Part shown: in pieces, positions 20,815 to 32,321 of the stretch
Layout: each line of letters starts with the position of its first letter
Position numbering within the stretch: position 1 is the first letter of the stretch
DNA from: an uncultured Gammaproteobacteria bacterium
GTDB lineage: Bacteria; Pseudomonadota; Gammaproteobacteria; Magnimaribacterales; D2472
Assembly: GCA_913050015.1 (NCBI GenBank)
Contig: CAJXAZ010000002.1
Location: 1 to 39,237, forward strand
DNA length: 39,237 nt
Reading direction: 5' to 3'
Notes under the pieces: model-generated
Databases searched by the model: none
What the model was told of the DNA's origin: nothing
The model's input: the letters and a program-made list of their open reading frames with translations, nothing else
Translations under genes and position numbers: made by a program

Positions 20815-20875
20815 TTCATTTATTTAACGCGAACGCGGCCATAGAGGGTTATAAGCCCCGTAAAAGGAGATTAAA

Positions 20876-21511
20876 TTGAGCATAGGCTTAATAGGTAAAA
20901 AAGCTGGCATGTCACGTCTTTTTCTTGAAGACGGAGCAGCAATCCCAGTAACTGCAATTTCGGTTTGTGGTAACTTTTTAGCAGACATTAAAACATCTAA
21001 AAGAGATGGATATAATGCTTTTGTTGTATCTAAAGTTACAAAATCGAACAATGTTAACAAATCAAAAAGTGAATTCTTTAAAAAGATTAATCTTACACCA
21101 GGTATTCTGGCAGAATTTAGATCTGATAAAGAAATCTCTGATGAGTTTAAAGTTGGAGCACATTTAACTGCTGATATGTTTGAAGTTGGTCAGTATGTTG
21201 ATGTAACAGGCACATCAAAAGGTAAAGGTTACGCTGGTGTTATTAAGCGTCATAACTTTGCTATGCAAGACGCTACTCACGGTAACTCGCTATCTCATAG
21301 AGCCCACGGTTCTATTGGTCAGTGTCAAACACCTGGTAGAGTTTGGAAAGGTAAAAAGATGTCAGGTCACATGGGTCATGAGCAAAAAACTATTCAGAGT
21401 TTGAAGATCGTTGATCTTGATGTTGAAAATAACGTTTTATATATTAAAGGTGCAGTTCCAGGTTTCAATGGATCTGATTTAAAAATCAAACCAGCGCTTA
21501 AAAAATCATGA
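20876..21511 (+). CDS. rplC: 50S ribosomal protein L3
   Basis: 211 aa with a TTG start after AAGGAG. SIGLIGKKAGMSR and THGNSLSHRAHGSIGQCQTPG. Confidence 0.97.
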   Translation: MSIGLIGKKAGMSRLFLEDGAAIPVTAISVCGNFLADIKTSKRDGYNAFVVSKVTKSNNVNKSKSEFFKKINLTPGILAEFRSDKEISDEFKVGAHLTADMFEVGQYVDVTGTSKGKGYAGVIKRHNFAMQDATHGNSLSHRAHGSIGQCQTPGRVWKGKKMSGHMGHEQKTIQSLKIVDLDVENNVLYIKGAVPGFNGSDLKIKPALKKS

Positions 21512-22122
21512 AAATAGAATTACTATCAAATACAAAGACTAAAGATATTAATATATCTGATAATGCTTTTAGCAAAGATTTTAACGAGTCTTTAATTCAT
21601 CAGGCTGTTGTAAGCTATATGGCAGGTTCCCGTCAAGGAACTTCCAAACAAAAGACTAGATCTGAAGTTCGTGGTGGTGGTAAAAAGCCTTACGCTCAGA
21701 AAGGTACAGGTAGAGCTAGAGCAGGAACAATTAGAAGTCCTCTTTGGAGAGGTGGTGGTGTTGCTTTTGCTGCGACTCCAAGAGATTACAGCAAGAAAAT
21801 TAACAAGAAAATGTATAAAGCTGCAATCAGATCTATATTTTCAGAGCTACTTAGACAAAATAGATTAGTTGCAATTGAAAATCCAGTTCTTGAAAAACCT
21901 AAAACTAAAGCTATATATGATTTCTTAAAAGAGTTTTCATTAAGCAAGGTATTAATAATTACTGATGAGTTAGATGTAAATTTCTACTTATCTACTAGAA
22001 ACATACCAAATGTTGAAGCTATTACTGTTAGAGAGATAAATCCAGTTTCATTACTAAAGGCTCATAAAGTAGCTGTTACTGCTGAAGCCTTCAAAAAAAT
22101 TGAGGAGTGGATAGATGCATAA
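21508..22122 (+). CDS. rplD: 50S ribosomal protein L4
   Basis: 204 aa. RGGGKKPYAQKGTGRARAGTIRSPLWRGGG. ATGA overlap with rplC. Confidence 0.97.
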   Translation: MKIELLSNTKTKDINISDNAFSKDFNESLIHQAVVSYMAGSRQGTSKQKTRSEVRGGGKKPYAQKGTGRARAGTIRSPLWRGGGVAFAATPRDYSKKINKKMYKAAIRSIFSELLRQNRLVAIENPVLEKPKTKAIYDFLKEFSLSKVLIITDELDVNFYLSTRNIPNVEAITVREINPVSLLKAHKVAVTAEAFKKIEEWIDA

Positions 22123-22411
22123 CGAAAAATTATTTACTTTAATTAAAGCCCCAATAGTTACTGAAAAAGCAGCTAGAGTTGGTGAGCTAAATAAACAAGT
22201 TGTTTTTAAAGTTGACTTAACTGCGAACAAAAGAGAAATCAAGAAAGCTGTTGAGGAATTATTTAAGGTTGAAGTTACTAAGGTAACAACTTCAATTGTG
22301 AAAGGTAAAAGAAAGAGAAATAAAAACGGTGTTCACAAAAGATCAGATTATAAAAAAGCCTTTGTATCTTTAAGTAAAGATTCAGAGATTCAGTTCGAGG
22401 GTATTAACTAA
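22115..22411 (+). CDS. rplW: 50S ribosomal protein L23
   Basis: 98 aa. [11 protein letters not shown]. 8-nt overlap with rplD. S10-operon order. Confidence 0.96.
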   Translation: MHNEKLFTLIKAPIVTEKAARVGELNKQVVFKVDLTANKREIKKAVEELFKVEVTKVTTSIVKGKRKRNKNGVHKRSDYKKAFVSLSKDSEIQFEGIN

Positions 22412-22413
22412 TC

Positions 22414-23241
22414 ATGGCAATAGTAAAAGCTAAACCGACCAGTCCAGGGAGACGTGGTGTCATTCAGATTAAGAGCGATCTTTATAAAGGAAAGCCATTT
22501 AAATCTTTAACACAAGCTAAATCCAAGAATGGTGGAAGAAATAACAACGGAAGAATAACTGTAAGACACCAAGGTGGTGGCCATAAACAGCATTACAGAA
22601 TAATAGACTTTAAAAGAGATAAGTTTGATATTCCAGCTACAGTTGAAAGAATAGAATACGATCCTAATAGATCAGCTCATATTGCTTTGATGCTTTATGC
22701 AGATGGAGAAAGAAAGTACATAATCGCTCCAGCTAAATTAAATATTGGCGATAAGATTATTTCTGCTGACAAGTGTGAAATAAAAGTCGGTAATTCTATG
22801 AAACTAAAGGATATTCCTTTAGGAACTAATATACATTGTGTTGAATTAAAGCCTCTTAAAGGTGCTCAGATCGCAAGAAGTGCAGGTACATCAGCAAGGC
22901 TTATTGCTAAAGAAGGTATTTATGCAACATTAAGACTTCAATCTGGTGAGACTAGAAAGGTTCTATGGGAATGTAGAGCAACATTAGGATCTGTATCAAA
23001 TGCTGAAAATAATCTTAGATCTTTAGGTAAAGCTGGAGCTAAAAGATGGAGAGGTGTTAGACCTACTGTTAGAGGGGTTGCGATGAACCCTGTAGACCAT
23101 CCACATGGTGGTGGTGAAGGAAGAACTTCAGGTGGAAGACATCCTTCTACTCCATGGGGTGTGCCAACTAAAGGGTATAAGACTAGAAAGAACAAACGAA
23201 CAAATGACCTTATTATAAGAAGAAGAGGAAGCAGGAAGTAG
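22414..23241 (+). CDS. rplB: 50S ribosomal protein L2
   Basis: 275 aa. [12 protein letters not shown] and [13 protein letters not shown]. Confidence 0.98.
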   Translation: MAIVKAKPTSPGRRGVIQIKSDLYKGKPFKSLTQAKSKNGGRNNNGRITVRHQGGGHKQHYRIIDFKRDKFDIPATVERIEYDPNRSAHIALMLYADGERKYIIAPAKLNIGDKIISADKCEIKVGNSMKLKDIPLGTNIHCVELKPLKGAQIARSAGTSARLIAKEGIYATLRLQSGETRKVLWECRATLGSVSNAENNLRSLGKAGAKRWRGVRPTVRGVAMNPVDHPHGGGEGRTSGGRHPSTPWGVPTKGYKTRKNKRTNDLIIRRRGSRK

Positions 23242-23244
23242 ACT

Positions 23245-23517
23245 ATGCCAAGATCACTAAAAAAAGGACCGTTTATAGATTTATCTCTTGAAAAGAAAAT
23301 TGAGGCTGCTTTGGCTTCAAACGACAAGAGACCTATCAAAACTTGGTCAAGAAGATCAATGATTAATCCATCAATGGTTGGATTAACTATTGCAGTTCAT
23401 AACGGAAGACAGCATATTCCAGTCTATATCAATGAAGATATGGTTGGTCATAAGTTAGGTGAATTTTCCATGACAAGAACTTTCAAAATGCATTCAGGCG
23501 ATAGGAAGGCTAAATAA
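23245..23517 (+). CDS. rpsS: 30S ribosomal protein S19
   Basis: 90 aa. [10 protein letters not shown] and [12 protein letters not shown]. Confidence 0.98.
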   Translation: MPRSLKKGPFIDLSLEKKIEAALASNDKRPIKTWSRRSMINPSMVGLTIAVHNGRQHIPVYINEDMVGHKLGEFSMTRTFKMHSGDRKAK

Positions 23518-23855
23518 TGGAAACAAGAGCATATTTAAAAGGCACTAGACTGTCACCTCAGAAAGCTGGCTTAGTTGCTAATGCAATTAGAGGAAAATCA
23601 GTTCAAGAAGCAATGGATTTCTTAGTTTTTAATAAACAAAAAGGTTCTGCAATTATTAAGAAATTACTAGAGTCTGCTATTGCTAATGCAGAAAATAATA
23701 ACAATGCTGATGTAGATTTATTATCAGTTAAAACAATAATAGTTAATCAAGGTATGAGACTAAAGAGAATGAAGCCTAGAGCAAGAGGAAGAGCAGATAG
23801 GATCATCAAACCGTCATGCCATATTGAAATTATATTAGCTGAAGGGGCGAAATAA
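23517..23855 (+). CDS. rplV: 50S ribosomal protein L22
   Basis: 112 aa. [25 protein letters not shown] overlap with rpsS. Confidence 0.97.
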   Translation: METRAYLKGTRLSPQKAGLVANAIRGKSVQEAMDFLVFNKQKGSAIIKKLLESAIANAENNNNADVDLLSVKTIIVNQGMRLKRMKPRARGRADRIIKPSCHIEIILAEGAK

Positions 23856-24511
23856 TGGGACAAAAAGTTAATCCAATTGGTTTCAGATTAGGAACATCCA
23901 AGAAGCAAAATGCTAATTGGTATGCAAAGGGTAAAGATTTCTCTACTTATCTAATCCAAGACTTAAAAGTAAGAGAATATTTTAAGAAAAATCTTAAAAA
24001 TGCTTCTATAAGTAAAATAGAGCTTGAAAGATCAGCTGAAAATTTTGTTGTCTCAATTCATACAGCGAGACCCGGTATTATTATTGGTAAAAGAGGCGAG
24101 GAAATTGATAACCTCAAGAAAGCTATAGAAAAAATAGTAAAGAAGCCATCTCAAATCAATATTAAAGAGGTCAGAAAACCTGATCTAGATGCTCAAATAC
24201 TAGCAGAAGGTGTTGCACAGCAACTTGAAAAAAGAGTCATGTTTAGAAGAGCAATGAAAAGAACTGTTCAAAGTGCTCTAAGACAAAGTGCTAAAGGTGT
24301 AAGAGTGGAAGTTTCAGGAAGATTAAACGGTGCTGAGATTGCAAGAACTGAATGGTACAGAGAAGGAAGGGTCCCATTGCACACTTTAAGAGCTGATATT
24401 GATTACGGAACAGCAGAAGCATTAACTACTTATGGAATTATAGGTATTAAAGTCTGGGTGTTTAAAGGTGAAATAACTGAAGATCCTTACAAAGTAGATC
24501 TAGGAGTTTAA
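23855..24511 (+). CDS. rpsC: 30S ribosomal protein S3
   Basis: 218 aa. [13 protein letters not shown] with KH domain [16 protein letters not shown] overlap with rplV. Confidence 0.98.
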   Translation: MGQKVNPIGFRLGTSKKQNANWYAKGKDFSTYLIQDLKVREYFKKNLKNASISKIELERSAENFVVSIHTARPGIIIGKRGEEIDNLKKAIEKIVKKPSQINIKEVRKPDLDAQILAEGVAQQLEKRVMFRRAMKRTVQSALRQSAKGVRVEVSGRLNGAEIARTEWYREGRVPLHTLRADIDYGTAEALTTYGIIGIKVWVFKGEITEDPYKVDLGV

Positions 24512-24520
24512 TTAAATATT

Positions 24521-24931
24521 ATGTTGCAACCAAAACAAACAAAATTTAGAAAAATGCATAAAGGCCGTAATAGAGGTCTTGCACAAAACGGAAACACAGT
24601 TGCCTTCGGAAGGTTCGGTCTTGTTGCTTCTGACAGAGGTCGTATAACGGCTCGTCAAATTGAAGCTGCTAGGCGTGCTATGACTAGACATATTAAAAGG
24701 GGTGGAAATATTTGGATAAGAATTTTCCCTGACAAGCCCATAACAAAAAAACCTTTAGAAGTTCGTATGGGTAAAGGTAAAGGTAATGTTGAGTATTGGG
24801 TAGCTCTTGTCCAGCCAGGCAAGGTAATGTTTGAAATGGCAGGTATTGATGAAGATTTAGCTAGACAGGCTTTTAAATTAGCTGCAGCCAAACTACCTGT
24901 AAAAACACATTTTATTAGGAAGGATGTATAA
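24521..24931 (+). CDS. rplP: 50S ribosomal protein L16
   Basis: 136 aa. [16 protein letters not shown] and [14 protein letters not shown]. Confidence 0.98.
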   Translation: MLQPKQTKFRKMHKGRNRGLAQNGNTVAFGRFGLVASDRGRITARQIEAARRAMTRHIKRGGNIWIRIFPDKPITKKPLEVRMGKGKGNVEYWVALVQPGKVMFEMAGIDEDLARQAFKLAAAKLPVKTHFIRKDV

Positions 24932-25138
24932 ATGAGCAAAGAATTAGCTGATCTAAGAAAGAAAAATGTTGACCAACTTGGTGCTGAACTGATAGTAGCA
25001 AGAAAGGCACAGTTTGATCTTAGAATTAAGCATAAAACGGGACAGCTAAAAGAAACTAATCAGATAACTCTAGTTAGAAAAAAGATAGCAAAAATTAAGA
25101 CAATAATGAACGAATTAAAAATACAGGATAGTAAATAA
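24932..25138 (+). CDS. rpmC: 50S ribosomal protein L29
   Basis: 68 aa helical protein at the conserved position between rplP and rpsQ. Contains ELRKK..L...[12 protein letters not shown]. Confidence 0.93.
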   Translation: MSKELADLRKKNVDQLGAELIVARKAQFDLRIKHKTGQLKETNQITLVRKKIAKIKTIMNELKIQDSK

Positions 25139-25428
25139 TGATTTCAACTAATCCAAGAATACTTACAGGAGTTGTTATAAGTGATAAAGCTGATAAGACA
25201 ATCACTGTAAGGATAGAAAGAAAAGTAAAACATCCGTTATACGGAAAAGTTATGAAAAGAGCTACTAAAGTTCGTGCGCATGATGAAGATAACTCAGCTG
25301 TTATGGGTGACGTTGTTACTGTGCAGGAATGTAGACCTATTTCTAAAAGTAAAACATGGGTTTTAGTTGCAGAAGGAACTACTAACGCATCTGTTGTAAC
25401 AGAAGAAAAGATTGAGGAGACTGAATAA
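25138..25428 (+). CDS. rpsQ: 30S ribosomal protein S17
   Basis: 96 aa. [34 protein letters not shown] overlap with rpmC. Confidence 0.96.
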   Translation: MISTNPRILTGVVISDKADKTITVRIERKVKHPLYGKVMKRATKVRAHDEDNSAVMGDVVTVQECRPISKSKTWVLVAEGTTNASVVTEEKIEETE

Positions 25429-25796
25429 TGATTCAAATGCAATCAATTCTAAAAATTGCTGATAATAGTGGCGCAAGAAGTGTTATGTGTATCAAGGTCC
25501 TTGGAGGATCGAAGAGAAGATATGCAAATATTGGCGATATTATTAAAGTAGCTATTAGAGAAGCTATTCCTACTGGGAAAGTAAAAAAAGGTCAGGTATG
25601 TGATGCTTTAATTGTGCGAACAAGAAAAGGTGTTAGAAGATCAGATGGGTCATTAATTAAATTTGATGAAAATGCTGCTGTATTAGTTAATGCTCAGAAA
25701 GCTCCAATCGGTACAAGAGTATTCGGCCCTGTAACTAGAGAGTTAAGAGAAGGGAAGCACATGAAAATCCTTTCACTAGCCCCTGAGGTGATATAA
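25428..25796 (+). CDS. rplN: 50S ribosomal protein L14
   Basis: 122 aa. [22 protein letters not shown] overlap with rpsQ, so there is no S10/spc inter-operon gap. Confidence 0.98.
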   Translation: MIQMQSILKIADNSGARSVMCIKVLGGSKRRYANIGDIIKVAIREAIPTGKVKKGQVCDALIVRTRKGVRRSDGSLIKFDENAAVLVNAQKAPIGTRVFGPVTRELREGKHMKILSLAPEVI

Positions 25797-26126
25797 ATGA
25801 AAACTACCCTAACAAAATTAAGAGTTGGTGATGAGGTTGTTGTTGTTGCAGGTAAAGATTCCGGCAAGAAAGGACCTTTAAGAAAGATTGTTAAGAATAA
25901 AAATAAAGGAATTGTTACAGGCATTAATATGGTTAAAAAACATACTAAGCCAAATCCAGAAATGGGTGTAACTGGTGGAGTTGTAGAGCAAGAAGCCGCA
26001 ATTGATCTATCCAACCTTGCTATCTGGAACCCTGGTAAGAAAACTAAAGATAGAATTGCTTATTCAGTTGATAAAGATGGAAAGAAAATAAGACTATTCA
26101 AATCAGATGAGACAGAGATTAAGTAA
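25797..26126 (+). CDS. rplX: 50S ribosomal protein L24
   Basis: 109 aa. KOW motif [19 protein letters not shown]. Confidence 0.96.
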   Translation: MKTTLTKLRVGDEVVVVAGKDSGKKGPLRKIVKNKNKGIVTGINMVKKHTKPNPEMGVTGGVVEQEAAIDLSNLAIWNPGKKTKDRIAYSVDKDGKKIRLFKSDETEIK

Positions 26127-26666
26127 ATGGCAAATTTAAGAGAAAAATACAACAAAGAATTACGAGCTACTCTTCAAGAAAAGCTTGGTTTAAAAAACAT
26201 AATGGCAGTTCCTAAGCTTACTAAAGTAGTAATTAATATGGGTGTTGGAGAAGCTGCGAATGATAAAAAGCATCTTGATACTGCAGTAGCAGATATGGCA
26301 GCAATAGCAGGACAGAGACCAGTTATAACAAAAGCTAGAAAATCAGTAGCAAGTTTTAAAATAAGAGAAGGATGGCCTATAGGATGTAAAGTCACATTAA
26401 GAGGTAACAAGATGTATGAGTTCATGGAAAGGTTGATCGATGTAGCTATTCCTAGAGAAAGAGATTTTAGAGGACTAAACCCTAAATCATTTGATGGTCA
26501 GGGTAACTATAATTTTGGAATTAAAGAGCAAATCATTTTTCCAGAAATTAAATATGACACTGTAGCGAGTATTAGAGGCATGGATGTATGTATTAATACT
26601 TCTGCAACAAACAAAGAAGATGCTAAAGCTTTACTAGAAGTTTTACAATTTCCATTTAAAAAATAG
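26127..26666 (+). CDS. rplE: 50S ribosomal protein L5
   Basis: 179 aa. [20 protein letters not shown] and RGMDVCI. Confidence 0.98.
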   Translation: MANLREKYNKELRATLQEKLGLKNIMAVPKLTKVVINMGVGEAANDKKHLDTAVADMAAIAGQRPVITKARKSVASFKIREGWPIGCKVTLRGNKMYEFMERLIDVAIPRERDFRGLNPKSFDGQGNYNFGIKEQIIFPEIKYDTVASIRGMDVCINTSATNKEDAKALLEVLQFPFKK

Positions 26667-26675
26667 GTATTAGAA

Positions 26676-26981
26676 ATGGCAAAAAAATCAATGATCGCAA
26701 GAGAAGTTAAACGAATCAAAACAGTTGCTAAGTTTGCTGATAAAAGAGTAAGCCTAAAAGCAATAATGAACGATGAAAAAGCAACGAGTGAAGAGAGATA
26801 TGAGGCTTCTGTTAAGTTACAGAAACTTCCAAGAAATTCTAGCCCTTCAAGAGTTGTAAGAAGATGTCAGGTAACTGGAAGACCGCATGCTGTGTATAGA
26901 AAGTTTGGACTTAGCAGAATAAAGCTAAGAGAAGCAGCTATGAGAGGCGATATCCCAGGTTTAGTTAAATCAAGTTGGTAA
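26676..26981 (+). CDS. rpsN: 30S ribosomal protein S14 (long, zinc-free form)
   Basis: 101 aa. [13 protein letters not shown] and C-terminal [27 protein letters not shown]. Confidence 0.97.
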   Translation: MAKKSMIAREVKRIKTVAKFADKRVSLKAIMNDEKATSEERYEASVKLQKLPRNSSPSRVVRRCQVTGRPHAVYRKFGLSRIKLREAAMRGDIPGLVKSSW

Positions 26982-26990
26982 TATAATATT

Positions 26991-27386
26991 ATGAGTTTTC
27001 AAGATCCTATAGCAGATTGTTTAACAAGAATACGTAATGGCTTAATGCGTGGCAAAGTACACGTAGATGCTCCTTATTCTAAGTTAAAGCATGAATTAGT
27101 TAATATTTTGATATCCGAAGGATATTTAAAAAGTTGTGAAAAAACAGAAAAAGATGGAAAGCCTTCTATTAAGATAGTACTTAAGTATTTTAATGAAGCG
27201 CCAGCAATTAAGAGCATTAAAAGAATTAGCAAGCCTAGTCTTAGAAGATATTCAGCTTCTTCAGATATTAAGTCTGTTAAAAATGGCCTAGGAGCTCTTA
27301 TTGTTACCACCAATCAAGGTTTAATGACTGACAAACAAGCAAAAGCTAAAAATGTCGGTGGCGAAGTCCTTTGTGAGGTATTTTAA
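26991..27386 (+). CDS. rpsH: 30S ribosomal protein S8
   Basis: 131 aa. MSFQDPIADCLTRIRNG and GGEVLCEVF. Confidence 0.98.
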   Translation: MSFQDPIADCLTRIRNGLMRGKVHVDAPYSKLKHELVNILISEGYLKSCEKTEKDGKPSIKIVLKYFNEAPAIKSIKRISKPSLRRYSASSDIKSVKNGLGALIVTTNQGLMTDKQAKAKNVGGEVLCEVF

Positions 27387-27388
27387 TA

Positions 27389-27931
27389 ATGTCTAGAGTA
27401 GCAAAAAATCCAATTCAAATTGTAGACGGCGTTACTGTTAGTCTTGAAGGAAGCATTGTAGATGTTAAAGGCAAGATTGGAGCAATGAAATTCGATGTTC
27501 CTGAAACTGTTTCATTAGAAATAAACGATAACGTTATAACTGTTCAGTATGATACTGAAAATCAGCAATCAGCAGCATTGGCTGGTACAACAAGAGCACT
27601 TGTTAATAATATGATTGTAGGCGTTTCACAAGGTTTTGAAAAAAAATTAGAATTAAAAGGCGTTGGTTATAGAGCAAAAGCTACAGGCAAGCATCTTGAA
27701 TTAACATTAGGCTTTTCTCATCCTGTTAGCTATCAAATTCCAGAAGAGGTTGAGGTAGAAACACCTTCAAATACTGAAATAGTGCTTAAAAGTTTCAATA
27801 AACAGATTCTTGGGCAAGCTGCTGCAGAGATTAGAGCATTTAGACCTCCTGAGCCTTATAAAGGCAAGGGTGTTAGATACTCTGATGAAGTAGTTAGAAG
27901 AAAAGAAGCCAAGAAAGCAGCTGGAGCATAG
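27389..27931 (+). CDS. rplF: 50S ribosomal protein L6
   Basis: 180 aa. [15 protein letters not shown] and [11 protein letters not shown]. Confidence 0.98.
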   Translation: MSRVAKNPIQIVDGVTVSLEGSIVDVKGKIGAMKFDVPETVSLEINDNVITVQYDTENQQSAALAGTTRALVNNMIVGVSQGFEKKLELKGVGYRAKATGKHLELTLGFSHPVSYQIPEEVEVETPSNTEIVLKSFNKQILGQAAAEIRAFRPPEPYKGKGVRYSDEVVRRKEAKKAAGA

Positions 27932-27933
27932 TA

Positions 27934-28281
27934 ATGAGTATTAAAAATATATCAAGAATAAGAAGAGCTACGAAAACTAGAATGAAAATTAGAGAACAAG
28001 AGTCACCAAGATTGACAGTTCATAGATCATCTAAGCATTTTTATGCTCAGATCTTCGATAGTCTTGGAACTAAGGTTATAGCCTCAGCTTCTACTAATGA
28101 AAAAGATTTAAAACTTAAATCAAATAATGTTGAAGGTGCTGAAACTGTTGGGAAAAGAGTTGCTGAAAGAGCTCTTGAAAGTGGAGTTACAAAAGTGGTT
28201 TTTGATAGATCTGGATATAGATATCATGGCCGAATAAAAGCCCTAGCTGATTCAGCTAGAAAAGCAGGTCTGGAGTTTTAA
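27934..28281 (+). CDS. rplR: 50S ribosomal protein L18
   Basis: 115 aa. [15 protein letters not shown] and [26 protein letters not shown]. Confidence 0.97.
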   Translation: MSIKNISRIRRATKTRMKIREQESPRLTVHRSSKHFYAQIFDSLGTKVIASASTNEKDLKLKSNNVEGAETVGKRVAERALESGVTKVVFDRSGYRYHGRIKALADSARKAGLEF

Positions 28282-28288
28282 TTAAATT

Positions 28289-28795
28289 ATGAGAGAAAAT
28301 AATACAACAAATAATCAACAAACTGATGCTCTTGAAGAGAAGCTAGTTCAGGTAAACAGAGTAGCTAAAGTTGTTAAAGGTGGAAGAATCTTTGGTTTCA
28401 CTGCCCTTACAGTTGTTGGCGATGGAAATGGCAAAGTTGGTTTTGGTAGAGGTAAGTCTAAAGAAGTGCCTATGGCAATTCAAAAAGCTATGGAAAACGC
28501 TAGAAGAAATATGGTTGATGTCGAGTTAAACAACACTACTATCTGGTATCCAGTTAAAGCTAAGTTTGGAGCGGCCAACGTATACATGCAGCCAGCTTCA
28601 GAAGGTACGGGTATTATTGCAGGTGGAGCTATGAGAGCAGTGCTTGAGTTAGCTGGTGTTCAAAATGTTTTAGCAAAATGTTACGGATCTACAAATCCTG
28701 TAAATGTTGTTAGAGCCACTATTAATGCTTTAAGCGCGATGGAGTCTCCAGGGACTGTTGCTGCAAGAAGAGGAAAAAAGGTTGAGCAAGCATAA
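28289..28795 (+). CDS. rpsE: 30S ribosomal protein S5
   Basis: 168 aa. [35 protein letters not shown]. Confidence 0.98.
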   Translation: MRENNTTNNQQTDALEEKLVQVNRVAKVVKGGRIFGFTALTVVGDGNGKVGFGRGKSKEVPMAIQKAMENARRNMVDVELNNTTIWYPVKAKFGAANVYMQPASEGTGIIAGGAMRAVLELAGVQNVLAKCYGSTNPVNVVRATINALSAMESPGTVAARRGKKVEQA

Positions 28796-28983
28796 TGACT
28801 AATGATAAAACAATGACTATAAAGCTAGTTAAAAGTGGAATTGGCAGAATGAAGCGTCATAAGCTTTGTATTAAAGGCCTCGGCTTTAAAAAACTAAACC
28901 AAACAGTAACTGTCATAGATACTCCGAGCAATAGAGGCTTGGTTAATAAAATATCTGACATGATTGAGATTCAGGAAAACTAA
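28795..28983 (+). CDS. rpmD: 50S ribosomal protein L30
   Basis: 62 aa at the conserved position between rpsE and rplO. Contains IKLVKSGIG. TAATG overlap with rpsE. Confidence 0.93.
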   Translation: MTNDKTMTIKLVKSGIGRMKRHKLCIKGLGFKKLNQTVTVIDTPSNRGLVNKISDMIEIQEN

Positions 28984-28985
28984 AA

Positions 28986-29498
28986 ATGAGTGAACAAGAA
29001 ACAAATAATTTATCTCTAAATAACCTTTCAAGTAAAGGTACTGCTCAGAATAGAAAAAGAGTAGGAAGAGGTATAGGATCTGGTACTGGTAAAACTGCTG
29101 GTAGGGGTCATAAAGGCCAAAAATCTAGATCTGGTGGATCGATTAGACCAGGTTTTGAGGGTGGGCAGATGCCACTACAAATGAGATTGCCAAAGTTTGG
29201 TTTCTCATCAAGAACCAATAATTACTTGAAAGAAGTAAACGTAAAACACATCAATGGTATAGAAGGCCTTGAGTTAGTAACTATAGATACATTAAAAGAA
29301 CATAAAGTTATTTCTAAATCAATCAAGAAAGTTAAAATATTTGGCATTTTTGATCTTGAATCAAAATTAAATGTTGAAGGAATAAGAGTTACTAAGGGCG
29401 CAAAAGCATCTATAGAAAAAGCAGGCGGGACTGTTGCTGATTTTGTAGAGCCAGTTGCTAGACCTAAATTTGTAAAAAAAATAAAGGCTGCGGAATAA
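28986..29498 (+). CDS. rplO: 50S ribosomal protein L15
   Basis: 170 aa. GRGIGSGTGKTAGRGHKGQKSRSGG and FEGGQMPL. It has short N-terminal and Lys-rich C-terminal extensions relative to E. coli L15. Confidence 0.96.
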   Translation: MSEQETNNLSLNNLSSKGTAQNRKRVGRGIGSGTGKTAGRGHKGQKSRSGGSIRPGFEGGQMPLQMRLPKFGFSSRTNNYLKEVNVKHINGIEGLELVTIDTLKEHKVISKSIKKVKIFGIFDLESKLNVEGIRVTKGAKASIEKAGGTVADFVEPVARPKFVKKIKAAE

Positions 29499-29501
29499 TA
29501 A

Positions 29502-30803
29502 ATGACTGATAAAGGTACAGGAATGAGCGATCTTTGGAGAAGACTGCGCTTTGTATTTGTTGCTATTCTTGTATATAGAATAGGAACACATATACCTATA
29601 CCTGGAATAGATCCAGATAGACTTGCTGCTCTTTTTGATCAGAACCAAGGAACTATTATTGAGATGTTCAATTTGTTCTCTGGTGGTGCACTTGAGAGAA
29701 TGAGTATATTTGCTCTAAACGTTGTTCCTTATATCTCTTCTGCAATTATTATGCAGTTATTCTCAAACTCAATTCCTTACTTACAAGAACTTAAAAAAGA
29801 TGGACAAGCTGGAAGAAATACAATTACTCAGTACACAAGATATGGAACTGCTATTCTAGCCTTCATTCAAGCATCAGCTTTGGCAGTTACTTTATCTGCG
29901 AGCGGTCTAGCATACACACCAGGCCCTTCATTCTTTATTTCTGCTGTATTCTCTGTAGTTGCTGGAACTATGTTCTTAATGTGGTTAGGTGAGCAAATTT
30001 CAGACAGAGGAATCGGAAACGGAATCTCAATTATTATTGCTACTAGTATTTTAACTGGTATACCTGGCTCAATAGGTCAGGCTCTAGAGCAATCTAGACA
30101 AGGCGACTTAAGCGTTCTTCTTCTTATAGCAATTGGTCTTTTATCAATGGCTGTAATAGCAGTTGTTGTCTTTATAGAAAGAGGACAAAGAAGAATTACA
30201 GTTAATTATGCTCAGAGACAACAGGGCAGAAAGTTAATGCAAGCTCAAACTAGTCATCTTCCATTCAAGGTAAATATGGCTGGAGTTATTCCTGCAATTT
30301 TTGCTAGTACTTTTTTATTATTCCCAGCGTCCTTATCAACTTGGTTTGGTCAAAGTGAATCATTAGGATTTTTACAGACTTTCTCTCTAGCTCTGAATCC
30401 AGGTCAACCTTTATATATTCTAGTTTTTGCAGGCCTTATTATCAGTTTCTGTTTTATATGGCTGGCTCTTACCTTTAATACAAGAGAAGTCTCAGATAAT
30501 TTAAAACGCTCAGGTGCATATATAGCTGGAATTCGTCCAGGAGAGCAGACTTCAAATTACATTGATGCAGTTCTTGCAAGACTTACTGTTTTCGGAGCAA
30601 TATACCTAACACTAATTTGCCTACTTCCATTGGCTCTTATTAATTTCGCTGGAGTTTCACCAACTATTTCAGTTGGCGGCACATCAGTATTGATTATTGT
30701 TGTTGTTCTAATGGATTTTATGGCACAAGTTCAATCTCATATGATGTCTACTCAGTATTCATCGTTAATGAAAAAAGCTAATCTAAAAAACTATAAAAGG
30801 TAA
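29502..30803 (+). CDS. secY: Preprotein translocase subunit SecY
   Basis: 433 aa polytopic membrane protein at the conserved position between rplO and rpmJ. Contains [28 protein letters not shown]. Confidence 0.98.
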   Translation: MTDKGTGMSDLWRRLRFVFVAILVYRIGTHIPIPGIDPDRLAALFDQNQGTIIEMFNLFSGGALERMSIFALNVVPYISSAIIMQLFSNSIPYLQELKKDGQAGRNTITQYTRYGTAILAFIQASALAVTLSASGLAYTPGPSFFISAVFSVVAGTMFLMWLGEQISDRGIGNGISIIIATSILTGIPGSIGQALEQSRQGDLSVLLLIAIGLLSMAVIAVVVFIERGQRRITVNYAQRQQGRKLMQAQTSHLPFKVNMAGVIPAIFASTFLLFPASLSTWFGQSESLGFLQTFSLALNPGQPLYILVFAGLIISFCFIWLALTFNTREVSDNLKRSGAYIAGIRPGEQTSNYIDAVLARLTVFGAIYLTLICLLPLALINFAGVSPTISVGGTSVLIIVVVLMDFMAQVQSHMMSTQYSSLMKKANLKNYKR

Positions 30804-30804
30804 T

Positions 30805-30921
30805 ATGAAAGTTAAAGCATCAGTAAAGAAAATATGCAGAAATTGCAAAATTGTAAGGCGTAACGGCGTTCTTTTTGTAATCTGTAAAACAGACCAAAAA
30901 CATAAACAAAGGCAAGGTTAA
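30805..30921 (+). CDS. rpmJ: 50S ribosomal protein L36 (zinc-ribbon form)
   Basis: Not in the ORF track because it is under 60 aa. Hand translation: [38 protein letters not shown], with stop TAA at 30919-30921. Nearly identical to E. coli L36. It lies between secY and rpsM. Confidence 0.95.
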   Translation: MKVKASVKKICRNCKIVRRNGVLFVICKTDQKHKQRQG

Positions 30922-30924
30922 AAT

Positions 30925-31284
30925 ATGGCTAGGATCGCAGGAGTAAACATTCCAGAAAATAAACATGTTGAGATATCACTAACTCACATATTTGGAATTG
31001 GAAGACAAACAGCTCAAAACATTTGTGAAGAGTTAAAAATAGATTACACAAGAAAACTTTCTGAACTTACGGAAGAAGAAGTCGAGAGCTTAAGAACAGC
31101 CATTGGCACTTATGTTGTAGAGGGTGATCTTAGAAGAAATATTAGTCAAAATATTAAAAGACTAATGGATCTTGGTAGTTATAGAGGAATTAGACATAGA
31201 AGAAAGCTACCTACTAGAGGTCAGAACACAAAGAATAATGCTAGAACAAGAAAAGGTGCTAAAAAACCAATGAGAGGATCATAA
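30925..31284 (+). CDS. rpsM: 30S ribosomal protein S13
   Basis: 119 aa. [10 protein letters not shown] and [15 protein letters not shown]. Confidence 0.98.
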   Translation: MARIAGVNIPENKHVEISLTHIFGIGRQTAQNICEELKIDYTRKLSELTEEEVESLRTAIGTYVVEGDLRRNISQNIKRLMDLGSYRGIRHRRKLPTRGQNTKNNARTRKGAKKPMRGS

Positions 31285-31285
31285 G

Positions 31286-31663
31286 ATGGCGGTTAAAGGA
31301 AAAAAAGGTAAAAAAATTGTTACTGACGGTGTGGCTCATATCCATTCTTCATTTAATAATACAATCGTTACTATTACTGATAAGCAAGGTAATACTTTAT
31401 GTTGGGCAACTTCAGGTGGCTCAGGTTTTAAAGGCTCAAGAAAAAGCACGCCTTTTGCAGCGCAGATTGCTGCTGATAAAGCTGGGAATGCAGCTAAAGA
31501 ATTTGGCATGATTAACCTAGACGTTAAAGTTAAGGGTCCTGGTGGCGGTAGAGAATCTGCAATTAGATCTTTAAATTCATGTGGATTAAAAATTAGAAGT
31601 ATTACAGATGTGACACCACTTCCGCATAACGGTTGTCGTCCATCTAAAAAACGAAGAGTTTAA
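31286..31663 (+). CDS. rpsK: 30S ribosomal protein S11
   Basis: 125 aa. [18 protein letters not shown] and [18 protein letters not shown]. Confidence 0.98.
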   Translation: MAVKGKKGKKIVTDGVAHIHSSFNNTIVTITDKQGNTLCWATSGGSGFKGSRKSTPFAAQIAADKAGNAAKEFGMINLDVKVKGPGGGRESAIRSLNSCGLKIRSITDVTPLPHNGCRPSKKRRV

Positions 31664-31674
31664 CGGAGTAACAA

Positions 31675-32298
31675 ATGGCAAGATATACAGGACCTACATT
31701 AAGACTTTCAAGAAGAGAAGGAACAGACCTATTTTTGAAAAGTGGTATTAGAGCAATTGAATCAAAATGTAATATGGATTCTCCTCCAGGAGTTGCTGCT
31801 GGAGCAAGAAGAGGGAGACTTTCAGATTACGGACTTCAGCTAAGAGAAAAACAGAAAGTTAGACGTATGTACGGCGTTCTTGAGAAGCAGTTCAGAAATT
31901 ATTATAAAAAAGCAGCCACATCCAAAGGTAACACAGGTGAGAATCTGTTATCTCTTCTTGAAAAGAGAATGGATAATGTTGTTTATAGAATGGGTTTTGG
32001 CTCAACAAGGGCTGAAGCTAGACAAATGGTTTCACACAAAGCATTCAAGGTTAACGGACAAGTTGTTAATATCCCTTCCTATCAAATGCAAGCAGGAGAT
32101 GAGGTTCAAGTTAGAGATAACAAGAAAGGTCATCTTAGAATAGCTGCAGCGCTTAAAATTGCTGCTACAAGAGAAGAGTGTGATTGGATTGAAGTAGATG
32201 AAGCAAATTTAAAAGGTGTATTTAAGTCAGTTCCAGATAGAACAGACCTTAGTACTGAAATTAACGAAAATCTTATTGTTGAGCTTTACTCAAAATAA
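31675..32298 (+). CDS. rpsD: 30S ribosomal protein S4
   Basis: 207 aa. [16 protein letters not shown], plus an S4 RNA-binding domain ([14 protein letters not shown]). Confidence 0.98.
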   Translation: MARYTGPTLRLSRREGTDLFLKSGIRAIESKCNMDSPPGVAAGARRGRLSDYGLQLREKQKVRRMYGVLEKQFRNYYKKAATSKGNTGENLLSLLEKRMDNVVYRMGFGSTRAEARQMVSHKAFKVNGQVVNIPSYQMQAGDEVQVRDNKKGHLRIAAALKIAATREECDWIEVDEANLKGVFKSVPDRTDLSTEINENLIVELYSK

Positions 32299-32321
32299 CA
32301 TTTTAAAGGCGGAGAAAAACT

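Noticed and set aside
22938-23339. 133-aa minus-strand ORF overlapping the rplB 3' end and rpsS 5' end. Similar long antisense ORFs occur at 6939-7334, 5009-5344, 25095-25442, 25694-26014, 24655-24939, 26174-26425 and 33335-33619.
   Set aside because: All are fully antisense to strongly recognisable, highly conserved ribosomal or EF-Tu genes. They have low-complexity Ser/Pro/Leu-rich translations, no SD or promoter context, and no recognisable motif. These are typical stop-free shadows of biased codon usage.
28986-29498. L15 (170 aa) and S17 (96 aa, 25138-25428) are longer than their E. coli counterparts, owing to terminal Lys/Glu-rich extensions.
   Set aside because: Short charged terminal extensions of ribosomal proteins vary widely among lineages. 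There is no internal insertion, no alternative start that removes them, and no evidence of a fused domain.
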